64,000 bases of DNA from a virus, in IMG/VR virus record IMGVR_UViG_3300025928_000005, positions 32,001 through 96,000 of that record; one strand, 5' to 3'. Positions 53,928-64,000 of this stretch are shown in pieces; position 1 is the stretch's first letter; every line of letters starts with the position of its first letter. A program made the position numbers and the translations under genes. The notes below the pieces were generated by a model. The model had not been told where the DNA came from, did not search any database, and was given only the letters and a program-made list of their open reading frames with translations.

Positions 53928-56892
53928 ATGATCCAGGCTGAGATCAAGAGCGAGGCTGAGGCCCACGGCCACTTCGACGTTCGCGTCTACGACCAGGTGT
54001 GGCTCGAGGTTTGCCCCGAGGTGAGGGCGGCTCGCCTTGTTGACCGTGAAATGGGTCACGAGACGTTCGTGGACACCGATAAGCTCGACGCGGTCATCAC
54101 CGCGTTCACCTCCGTCCGCGAGCTGCTCAAGGAGAAGATGTGACCGACCGTCAGATCGCCAAGCCCACCGCGGAGGAGCTCAAGAGAGCGACCCAGGTCG
54201 CCCAGAAGCTGCCCTTCGCGGGCAGGATCCACGTCACCGACTACGGGGTGTGGGTGGACGGCGCGGAACGCTGGGTGTGCCCGAAGTGCCTGACCGTCTG
54301 GGCGAACCGAGAGCTCCGCGCCAACCACTATTGCCCGAACAAGCGGTGCGACCACCCGATCGCGCCGTGACGACCCGAGAACCACGAGTCGAGAGGAACG
54401 ATGAACGATGAGCATGACCCTGCGTGAGGCCGTCGACAAGGTCGTCGAGCACACCCGCACCAAGGAGCGCAAGCCCAATTTGTCCACCGACCGCGCCCTG
54501 GCGCTGGTCCGGCAGCTGACCGAGGTCGACGTCAGTCGCCTGACCCGGGACGTGGACCTGCGCAACGCCTACGTCCAGGTTCTGGTGTCCTCGGACGCGC
54601 AGATCGCTGAGGCGCTGCGTGGGTAACCACTCGCGCTTCACGCCGCCACCGACCCGAGACGAGCTGACCCAGGCCGAGTACGTCGCGTGGATGCTGCAAG
54701 GCACGACCAACGTTCGGGTCACCGAGCACGCGGTCTACGCGTTCGGTGCGGAGGCCTGGGTCTGTCCCAGGTGCCTCAGGCCGAATCACCCGATGCGGGA
54801 GGGCAAGATGCCCATCGTGCCCACGGCCTGCAAGCGCTGCCACACGAGGCTGCTGTGACCGGTCGGCCGGAGCCGATCTGCCCGCAGATTCACAGCTCGC
54901 TCGGATACGTGTGCTGGCCGGCAAAATACCAGCGAGACCTGCCGCACGCCTCCACCTACTGCTGCGGTGCGGCCGACTGCGTCGAGGACGCGGCGGACTG
55001 GGTGGAGAGCGTCACGGGCCACCGGGGTGAGTGGCACCCGTTCGTGAAGCAGACGAGGAACCGATAGGAGATCAGATGAGCTCGGGATCCAGGCAGGATC
55101 AGGACTGGCAGCCCAAGAACTCCAAGACCGTCAAGGCGGAGACCATCCGGAAGGGTGACCTCGTGCTGAACAGCACGTGCAGCGCGTGGTACCTGATCAC
55201 GACCGTCGACACCTACCCGGCGGAGGGCCGGGTCATGATGTACGGGAACGAGGTGCTGGGTGAGACCGCACCCGGCAGGTACCTGCTCGGCAAGAGCCTT
55301 GGTCGGCTGAACGCCGTGTTCGGCGAGAACCGCATCCTCGGCTGGTAGCGTTCGTGGGTCCCGGGCGAGCCCGCTCGTCCGGGAGCCCTCGAGCGAGGAG
55401 CGGCTGAGAGGAGAACGACGCGGTGAACCGAATCACGCGCCAGGAGGTGTCCTTCGGGTTCACCATCCCGGAGTCAGGCAGCGCCATCAGCTCGCTGCTG
55501 GCGACCGTCGAGACCGCGAACGGCACCCACCACCGGCTGGGCGTCCTGCAGAGCGTGGCCAACCTGCCGGCCGGGCCGGCACGGATCAACCTCGAGCTGC
55601 TGCTCACGGTGCCGGAGCCGCCACCGCCGCGACCGAGGACGCTGCGCGACAAGCTCTGGGAGATCCTGTCGGACAGCGACGGGGACGGACCCGACAACCA
55701 GGTGAACGCGGTGCTCGAGCTGCTGAGCGAGGAGGAGAACCTGCCCGACCAGATCGACGCGCTGTTGGATGAGAACTGAGAGGAGAACCAGGTGAGGGTG
55801 ATCAAGGGCGTGCACGTCGGCAAGACGGTGACGCCGCACCAGTTCTGCAATGACTGGGTGACGGTCAAGGAGCTGCCGGGCGAGGTGCTCTCGCCGCTCA
55901 TGCTGCGGGTCGAGACCAAGGCGGAGCGGGACTTCTTCCAGAACGACCCGAACCCGGGCGTCTTCTGGAACCTGTTTGAGATCGCCCGGGACGGCTGCTT
56001 CGTGCGAAAGCTGTCGCGGTGATGGGCCGGGTCAAGGTGGAGCGCTACTGCACGTGCGGCGCCGAGCTCATCATCGAGGCGAGCGACCTCAAGGCGGTCC
56101 AGATCGGCGACCAGCGCTTCGGCGAGATCCACTCGGGTGAGGGCCACCGCCCGGTCACGCGGCGCGAGGCCGCCCGGGCGCGCCGCCGGCAGCTCCTCCG
56201 GGACGCGGAGGAGCTGGGTCGCCGTGAGCGGTGAGCTGACCCTCGCGGACCTGCGGGCCCGCATCGCGGCACGCGGCCTCAGCTCGCGGATCAAGGTCGT
56301 CGGCGACCCCCGGCGGGTTCACCGCCTCGACATCACGCTCGAGGAGTTCGACCGCTGGCTCGACGAGACCGAGGCCGACGGCACCGGCGTCCTGATCAGG
56401 GTGGGGGTGCGACGTCGCCAGCACCTCTGGCAGCTGGTGATCGACCGGGTTCGGAACGTCAACAGGTTGAGGATCAACGGGCGAGGCCGCGATGCCTGAC
56501 GCCGACTACGAGGAGTTCGCCGCGGCCGAGGAGCCGGACCCCACCCACCCCAGCATGCCCGTCGGCTACCGTGACCTCGGCTACTCCGACGAGGTTAACT
56601 GGGACCGGTCCTGGCACCTCCACGTGAACCGTCAGCGTGCCTGCTGCACCACGCGGTGGGGGCGCCTGTGGTTCCGAGTGATGGGACGACATTGGTTCAG
56701 CGGCTGAGGGACGCGCTGCGGTCCTGGGCGCTGCGCCGGCTCGGGGTACCCTGCGGCGCCTACGGCGGGCGCTGGGCGGAGGGCGACCGCTGGTGCCTGC
56801 AGCCCTTCGGGCACGAGTGGTCGTGCTCCTACGAGGTGTGCTTCCAGCCCCTGTGGCGGCTGCGGGCCCGGCGGCGGGGCTGGGACGCCTGA
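53928..56892 (+). other. run of ~12 small hypothetical genes, several with CxxC zinc ribbons (53928-54143, 54140-54370, 54408-54626, 54619-54858, 54855-55067, 55076-55348, 55423-55779, 55792-56022, 56022-56234, 56224-56499, 56492-56707, ~56656-56892)
   Basis: Coupled ORFs; 54140 and 54619 share a WVCPxCL motif. Confidence 0.55.
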
Positions 56893-56978
56893 CCCTGGCC
56901 TAGACTGTTTACATCTGGTACGATTGCAGCAGCAACAAGAGCTGATCGGAACCAGGAACCGAGCGAGAGGAGACCCAG

Positions 56979-57239
56979 ATGGCGAGCGTGGAGCAGGTGA
57001 GGGGACAGATCAACCTCGCGAAGGAGCAGGCCGAGCGCGGGACCCAAGCCCTGCAGCAGGCCGAGCAGGAGATCGGCCACGCGCAGCAGGCCTTCCAGGA
57101 GGCCGCGCAGGGCAGCAACCAGTCCGAGGCCAGCGACGTGAACAACATGTTCACCCACGCGCTGCAGAAGATCGGTGAGGCTCGGGACGCGGTCATGGCC
57201 GCGGTGAGCCAGGCCGAGAGCTACGCGGGGCGACTGTGA
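56979..57239 (+). CDS. WXG100/ESAT-6-like helical hairpin protein
   Basis: 86 aa, two A/Q-rich helices around a central AQGS turn; own promoter and GAGGAG RBS. Confidence 0.6.
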   Translation: MASVEQVRGQINLAKEQAERGTQALQQAEQEIGHAQQAFQEAAQGSNQSEASDVNNMFTHALQKIGEARDAVMAAVSQAESYAGRL

Positions 57240-57896
57240 GCCACCTCGACGACTACGCGCGTGACCTCAAGCGCCAGGTGAGCTGGCTCAGGCAGCACCA
57301 CCGCACCCTGGAGCTGGGCCTCAAGCGCCTCGAGGACAAGAGGGAGCGCGAGCGCCTCGGCGTCATCCTGATCCAGCTCGAGGCAAGCAAGATCGTCGGG
57401 GACGACGACCTGGCCTGGGCCCTGGCCACGTGCCGGAGGGCGCTGAGCTGATGCCCAGGAAGGGAACGATGAAGGCGCGGGTGCGCTGCCCGTGGTGCAA
57501 CAAGCCCGACACCCTGCTGCTGATCACCGACCGCGCCGGCGGCAGCGGCGTCGACAACCAGCTGTACACGCACGGCGGCCTGTACGAGGACCCCGACACG
57601 GGCAAGCCGTTGGACTGCAAGGGCAGCGGGCGGTCGATCCCGAACCGGGACGTGCCGCCGATGAGCGAGTGGAGGAAGTGGTAGTGGCCGACGAGCCCAC
57701 GTTCAACGAGCTGACCGACCGCCAGGAGCGGTGGTACCGCGAGAACGGCGTCGCCCTCGAGACCGCGGTGACGACGGAGCGCGACCCGGCCACGGCCGCG
57801 GAGCTGAGGCTGCTTCTGAACTACCTGCGCCTCGGCACGACGATCACGCCGGCGAGGCTTCGCTGGCTGGACGAGTACCTGGGAGGTACCAAGTGA
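57236..57896 (+). other. three small hypothetical genes (57236-57451, 57451-57684, 57684-57896)
   Basis: Coupled ORFs. Confidence 0.55.
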
Positions 57897-58087
57897 GTGA
57901 CGCGGTGGAGCGTGAGGACGGCTTTCACGTGAGCAGCTTCTGCCAGGACGGTGGCTGCGTGGGGGTTGCGGTGAGCGAGGCGACGGTGTCGGTCCGGGAC
58001 GAGAAGAGCCCGAGCCACGGTCGCATCACGGTGCCGCGGCCCGCGTGGCGCGCGTTCACGGCGAGCGTTGGAGACCTGGCCCCGTGA
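57893..58087 (+). CDS. DUF397 family protein
   Basis: SSFCQDGGCVGVA...VRDEKSP...AWRAF. Confidence 0.75.
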   Translation: MSDAVEREDGFHVSSFCQDGGCVGVAVSEATVSVRDEKSPSHGRITVPRPAWRAFTASVGDLAP

Positions 58088-58425
58088 CCGAGGACGACGT
58101 CCTGCTCGCGTGGCTGCGGGCCGCCCTGGTGGCGGTCCGCAGCACCGCGGAGGCCCTGGAGCGGTCCGGGGAGTACCTGGCGACGGTGAGCGGGATCCCG
58201 GCCGCGTCCCTCAGCGCCCGAACCCTGCTCGACGGGGTCGCCGCCGACGCGGCGATCCTCGAGGAGCACACGACCGGCGGCGTCGCCCAGTGCTCGCGGT
58301 GCCTGCGGCTGATCGATGACGCGGGCACGCCGCGGGCCTTCGTGGGAATCTGCCCCACGCTGCGGTTCGTGGCCACGCGGTACCGCCACGCCGTGCCCGG
58401 CTGGCGCGGGGAGTGGGCGTCGTGA
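58084..58425 (+). CDS. hypothetical protein (DUF6221-like)
   Basis: LLAWLRA...ILEEH...CPTLRFVATRY..PGWRGEW. Confidence 0.55.
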   Translation: MTEDDVLLAWLRAALVAVRSTAEALERSGEYLATVSGIPAASLSARTLLDGVAADAAILEEHTTGGVAQCSRCLRLIDDAGTPRAFVGICPTLRFVATRYRHAVPGWRGEWAS

Positions 58426-60523
58426 GCGCCGCGACGGCTGCCTGGCTCGTGGCGGTGTACGCGCTCGGCTCCGCGGACGTCCTGCTTTTCGAGGGGTTCG
58501 GGTGGGTGCAGGACGCGCTCTACGCACACCACGTCCGGCGCTGCGACGAGGACCACGGTGACTGGTCACCGCGGTGGGCCGCCGGCTGGAAGGTGGGGGT
58601 GGCTGGGTCCCTGCTGCGCGCCACCCTGTGGCCGGTGACGCTGACGTCCGACCTGCTGGATTGGGTCAGGGAGCTGCGGGTCAGGCGTGCCGCGCGACGC
58701 GAGGAGGAAGGCGAGTGAGCCGAACCTGGCTGGGCCCGCGGGGCCGCGTCGCGGACGACGCGTGGCGACCCCCAGCGGGGTTGTCCCAGGGGGACCGCGC
58801 CGCGGAGCAGGACGCCGCTGCCGGAAGCCGCGCGGCGCGGACCCGTCCCGACGGCAAGCTCGCGTCGGTGCTGCTGCGGGCCGCCCCGTCCGGCAACCAC
58901 GTGTACGCCTACCTGCACTGGCGCGAGGCGGGCAAGGCCAGCGACAGCATCGTGTACCTCGGGGAGGTCTTCTACCCCACGCGCGCCGCGAACCTCGTGG
59001 AGGCGTGGTCCCGAGCCCTGACGAGAGGAGCCCTTCGGTGAGCCTGACCACCTGCACGGCGTGCGGCGGTGAGAACGTCACCTACCAGGCGTTCAGTGGC
59101 GGTCGCGAGTTCTACTGCCGGGACTGCGAGAGCGCCCACCCCTACCCCGAGGAGCTGCTGCCGCCGCGGCTCAAGCTGCTCCGGGAGGGTCGAATCGACG
59201 AGCTTCGGGCACAGCTCAGGGCGGAAATGCTCCCACCTGGTGACCTGGTTGAGGTCGACGGCGTGCCCGCGATCACCGCGTTCTACCGGTGGGCGCAGGG
59301 CGATGACGGCGCGGTAGCTCCCTGATGCCGCCCCGAGGCCTGCGCAGCGTGCGCTGCCACGGCGGCCCGTGGCACGGGGAGCGGCACCTGCTCGGTGCGG
59401 TGGAGAGCTCCCTGCCGGTGCCGGGCGTGGCGACGTTCCGGTACGAGCTGCGGCGAACGACCCGCGGCGAGGAGATCCTGGAGTGGTCCTTCGTGTGGAG
59501 AGGTGGTGAGGCTAGTGAGTGAGACGTGGCTGACCAGCGCCGACCCCGAGCCCGGGGAGGGCGCGGCCGTGGAGACGGAGGGCCTCGTCCGGTTCGACCG
59601 CGGGTCGGATGACCTGCTGCCCGCGGCGTGGACCTCGGAGCACGGGGAGCCCGCCACGTGGCGGAAGCTCGCCGGCAACTGGGGGCCGGTGCGGCTCGTG
59701 AGGGAGGCCGGGTGAGCGGCCCGATCCTGACCGAGCTGACGCGGGGCCTGGCGCGTCGGCTGAGGGCGCAGCGCCGGCTCGCGGCGCGCGCCACGGACGT
59801 CCGCGACCAGGTCCGCCGCGAGGCGCGCCTGACGCTCAGCGCGGTCGCGGACGCCCTCGGGGAGCGCCGGCCGGTGAACCTGCTGGACCTGGCCGCCCTC
59901 CGCGAGCGGGCCCTGCGGCTCCGGGCGGACAACGTCGCCCTGAGCGCGGAGCTGCGGCGCTGCCGGGACACGCTCGCGGACGCCCTGGGTGAGCTCGGGG
60001 ATGACCACGCGCGGGCGTACGGCTGGCTCACCACGCCCATCGACGGCTCCGACGACGGCGAGCACCTCGACGCCGAGGCGCTCGCGAGCGAGGTCACCGA
60101 CCTGCGGGACCGCCTCGCGGAGACCCGCGAGCTGAACCGGGGCTGGGCCCGCTACGGGCAGCGCGTCCGGGAGCGCCGCCGCACCCACCGGGAGTGGGTC
60201 ACCAGGGCGACGGCTGACCTGAGCCACCTCGCGGACCTGCCGGGGGTGCCGCCGCGCGTCGCGACCGGGATCAAGCTGGCCGTGGCGACCCTGCGAGCGG
60301 GGGAGGACGCGTGAGCGCCCGACACAACCGTCCCGAGCCGTGCGAGAACTGCGTGCGAATCTGGGCCTGGTCCGGCTTCAAGTGTCGTCGGTTCCACGGC
60401 GCGTGGGAGCATCGCCTGGATCGAGACTACTGGGCGGGCCACGCCGGCACGTTCAGCGTCCCGGTGTGGTGCCTGCCGGCGTCGAAGCTGCGCCGTCGAC
60501 GGCGAGGGGCGGTGCGCTGGTGA
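58422..60523 (+). other. run of small hypothetical genes (58422-58718, 58715-59041, 59038-59325, 59325-59522, 59515-59715, 59712-60314 coiled coil, 60311-60523)
   Basis: Chain of GTGA overlaps. Confidence 0.55.
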
Positions 60524-60789
60524 GCGCCCTCGACCCGATGCAGCTCGCGCCCTACCTGTTCGGGCCCGGCAACGCCGTGTCCGCGCTCGCCGTGGGCCGC
60601 GGGAAGCGCTGGGGCTGGCTCGTGCTCGTGGCCGTGCAGCTCGCGATGGTCACGTTCGGGCTCACCACGGGCTACGTGGGCTTCAGCATGAGCCTCGTCA
60701 TGGCAGCCATCGGCGCCGACAACTACCGCCGTTGGCGCCGCCGCGAGGCCGCGGCCGCGGCTCTCGAGAGCGTCGAGGAGGACGAGTGA
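60520..60789 (+). CDS. small membrane protein (PnuC-like half)
   Basis: KRWGWLVLVAVQ...NYRRW; about three hydrophobic segments. Confidence 0.5.
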   Translation: MSALDPMQLAPYLFGPGNAVSALAVGRGKRWGWLVLVAVQLAMVTFGLTTGYVGFSMSLVMAAIGADNYRRWRRREAAAAALESVEEDE

Positions 60790-61874
60790 TGGATGGCGTG
60801 ACGAGGCAGGCCGCGCACGAGGTGGCCCGGGAGCTGCTGGACACGGTCCACGACCGCCTGCGGTGCGGCGGGGTCCGGACCCCGCTCGACGCGCAGCTGA
60901 ACGAGCTGCGCGTGGCGGCCGCGGAGGCGTACCTGCACCTGGCGCGGGAGGAGCGGGTGCGCGCGAGCCGGCCCACCGACGCGGTCGTGGACGCCGCGGT
61001 GCGGTCCGGGGTCATCAGCCGCGAGGAGGCGGCGCTGCGGTTCCAGGCGGAGCGTCGGGCGAGCGGCGAGTGGTGAGCCACCTGAAGCTGCGGTGCCTCG
61101 GCGGTCCGTGGCACGGCCAGCTCGTGGAGGTGAGCGGCCACGCCCGGGAGGTGGAGGTGCCGGGCCGCCGCGACGGGCACTACGTTCGCTGGCCGGACGG
61201 CCCCGGCGAGCGCGCCGTCGCCCTGACCTGGGTGGTGCCGGACGGCAACGGCGGCTGGGAGCGGCTGAGCGTGAGAGAGGAGGAAACGCGGTGAACGGCC
61301 TGACCTGGGAGGTTGACGGCCCCGAGTGGGACGAGGCCGCGGTCGAGGTCTACGCGCGGTGGCTGGCTGAGAGCCTGAGGGCGCCGGCGGGTGGACCGCC
61401 GTGGGTACACGTCGGCGGTCGGGGCGGCTTCGGGCGGCGCTGGCTGCGGGGCCTCACCGAGACGGGCCGGGGGCCGCGGGTCGACCTGACCTGGGTGGAC
61501 GAGACGGTGAGCTGGGGCGTGGACCCCAACGAGGCGCGGGCGGCGCTGACGCGCCGGCGGGACCTCGTGGACGAGTGCGTCGCCGTGACGCTGCGAGAGC
61601 CGACGTGGCTCACGGAGGGGAGAGAGCGGTGAGTGGGATCGAGCGCGCCAACCGGCGAGAGGCTCCCGTGGCTCAGCCACGAGAGGTCTACCTGACCGTC
61701 GGTCGGCTCCGGGAGCGTCTCGTGGAGATCGAGGCAGCCTTCCCGGGCGAGAACGTGAACGAGTGGGCGGTGGGTGCGGGAACGCCCACGTCCTTTCAGC
61801 TCGGCAGCGGTGACGTCGTGCACGTCAACCTGCCACACCTGCGTTGCGTGGAGGTGAGACTCCTTGAGCTCTAG
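60786..61874 (+). other. four small hypothetical genes (60786-61076, 61073-61294, 61291-61632, 61629-61874)
   Basis: Chain of GTGA overlaps. Confidence 0.55.
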
Positions 61875-62289
61875 CGCCGAGACGACGTGCGCCCGGTGCG
61901 GCGACTGCTGCGACCCCGTCGTGGTGCCGTTCCACGTGGAGACGTGGGCCGTCAGACAGCTGGCGGAGGCGGACGTGGCCGCCGACACGCGCGAGAACTG
62001 CGAGTTCCTGCTCGCGCACTGGACGACCACGGCGACCCTGGTGCGAGCCGAGGACGCGGACGTGACGGTCGGGTACGAGGTGCGGTGCGACGCGTTCAAC
62101 CGCGAGACGCGGGAGTGCGAGGCGCACGACGCGCGGCCCCCGGTGTGCCGAGGCTTCCCGTGGTACGGCCGGGCCGCGACGGACGTCGAGGGCCGAGCGC
62201 CCGTGGCCGACAGCCTGTCGCCGCGGTGCTCCTTCAACCAGGACGTGCCGGGCCGCGCGCTCCTTCCCCTGACGGTGGTGACCCGGTGA
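61864..62289 (+). CDS. YkgJ-family CxxCxxCC cysteine-cluster protein
   Basis: CARCGDCC...C...C..HDARPPVCRGFPW. Confidence 0.8.
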   Translation: MSSSAETTCARCGDCCDPVVVPFHVETWAVRQLAEADVAADTRENCEFLLAHWTTTATLVRAEDADVTVGYEVRCDAFNRETRECEAHDARPPVCRGFPWYGRAATDVEGRAPVADSLSPRCSFNQDVPGRALLPLTVVTR

Positions 62290-63988
62290 GCGTCGTCAGG
62301 CGCGTCGTCAGGCGTGAGGTGGGGGAGCTGACCGCCACGGAGACCCTGGAGTGCGACCACGTGAACGTCCTGTACCGGGAGATCCGGAACGGCCGCGTGG
62401 CGTGGCGCAGCCAGCGCGGCGCGGCGACGAACCTGAGCGTCAAGAGCCGGGAGTGCGCCGAGTGCGCCGCGGCCGTGGGGCGCGCCGCGAGGCGGGGGTG
62501 GCCGGTGTGAGCGTGCCGACCGGGTACGTCGTGGTGCGGTTCCCGAGCCGCTGGCTCAGGCTCGGGCTCGTGCCGCCGGGCCTGGAGGGCCGCTGGTTTG
62601 AGGTGCCGGACCCGCGAACGGTGAACCCCGCCTGGGGCGGGCCAGGCGCGGTGGGCTGGGTGGGGGACGACGAGCACGGACCGGGAACCGCCGTGGCGCG
62701 GCCCACCGGGACGTTCGAGACGAGGGAGGACGGGGCCGTGGCCGAGGTGTGGCGCGTGGAGGAGCTGGTGGAGCCGTGACCGCGTTCCTGGGTGACGACG
62801 AGGACGACGACGGCCTGGTGAGGGAGCTCGAGGAGCTGTTCGCCCGCGGGACCTGGGTGGACGGGCCGGACGGGAGTCGGAGCCTGCAGCTGCCGCCGAG
62901 CGAGGACGAGGAGGGCGAGGAGGCGAGCGGTGGCTGACGCGCCGCGCGGGGACCCCAGGGACGGGTGCGCGTGCGGGCACATCCGCCAGGCGCACCGCCA
63001 CCCCGTGAGCGGGAACGCCGTGGCGTGCCGGGCGACGGTCAGGCGGGTGACGGACCCGCGGCGGCACCTGGGCGTCGTCGCGACGTGCGAGTGCGAGCGG
63101 TTCACGCCGTGGAACGAGACGAGGAGGGGAGAGGGCTGATGGGAAACTGGATCTGGCAGCCGCTGACCCCCGGGCTGGCGAAGCTGGTGGAGGTGCGCGC
63201 CGAGGTGGTGAACGGGGACGACGAGGTGCTGCTGGACGTGCTGGGCGGGCCGACGGAGCGCGTCCAGCTGACCGGCACGCAGGCGATGGTCCTCGGCCAG
63301 GCGCTGTACCTGGCCGGGTCGGAGGCGACGTGGGCGCGGTTCAAGCGGGAGCGCGGGGACCGGGAGGGCGGGGCGTGATCATCGAGCTGGAGGCGTCCCG
63401 GCCGTGCCAGGTCAGGCCGGGGCTGTACCGGTCGCGGGTGACCGTGTTCCGGGTCTGGTGGCTGTGGTTCGCGGTCGCGGTGATCCGCGGGGACGCGCGC
63501 GAGCGGACCCGATACGTCTGGGAGGACCGGTGACCGCCCGGCTGCGGGTCGAGCCGTACCGAACGAGCGGGCTGCGGTACGCGCTGGGTGACCCGCGCCA
63601 GGCGGGCGGGTGGCGGTGGCTCTGCCGCGAGTGCTCGCGGGTCGGCTACCACCAGTTCGACCGCTGGGTGGGCCACGGCAGCTGGGTGGTGGACCCGTCG
63701 CACCCGTGGCGGCGGGCCCTGGCTGGGGCGGCGCGCCACGTGGCGGTGGTGCACCCCGAGGAGAGGGGAGCTGGAATGGCGCGGAGCGAGGCGGCGTGGG
63801 TCGTGCTGGACGGCGGGACGCGGGAGCCGGTGGCCGCGTTCACGGTCAGGCACGAGCTCGTGACGTGGCTGGGCCGGCGGCCGAGCCTCGAGGGGCTCGA
63901 GGTGTGGCGCTGCGGGGACGGCCTGGCTCAGGGCGCGCCGCGCGCGGTGCCGCTCGACGAGCTGCGGGCGAGGGCCCGGCCGTGGTGA
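62286..63988 (+). other. run of small hypothetical genes (62286-62510, 62507-62779, 62776-62937, 62930-63139, 63139-63378, 63375-63533, 63530-63988)
   Basis: Chain of GTGA/TGATG overlaps. Confidence 0.5.
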
Positions 63989-64000
63989 GGCGCGTGGGGT

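Noticed and set aside
58715-59041. Vsr endonuclease
   Set aside because: It resembles only an N-terminal accessory region from memory; no Vsr catalytic motifs are seen.

Overview
This is a high-GC, tailed actinobacteriophage (or prophage) genome segment, siphovirus-like. From 1 to about 30 kb, the minus strand carries the virion module: terminases, a portal fused to HiPIP-like, NUDIX and ParB-like domains, a multidomain prohead protease, major capsid, head-tail and tail genes, a -1 frameshifted tail chaperone and the tape measure. A glycosylation cluster is embedded in it. At 30-36 kb (minus strand) are a secreted LysM-Rpf, a PNK-type HAD phosphatase and a Ro60/TROVE gene. Ro60 is preceded by a dense 1.5-kb noncoding RNA operon that the ORF track misses. 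That operon holds 5 tRNAs, 5 Y RNA-like genes that share a Ro-binding-type stem but carry different tRNA-mimic modules, a free circularly permuted tRNA-like RNA, a double-T-loop RNA and other unassigned structured RNAs. This is the best candidate for an undescribed system. From 36 to 64 kb (mostly plus strand) are early and accessory genes driven by a repeated TTTACA-N17-TANNNT promoter. They include a TraB/FtsK plus Spd-like module with a dense GTGNCAC repeat field, UDP-sulfoquinovose synthase, tandem HicA-like genes, a WXG100-like protein and many small Cys-rich ORFs. No integrase, DNA polymerase, RNA ligase or clear endolysin was recognised. All calls come from manual motif reading and hand folding; no database searches were run.
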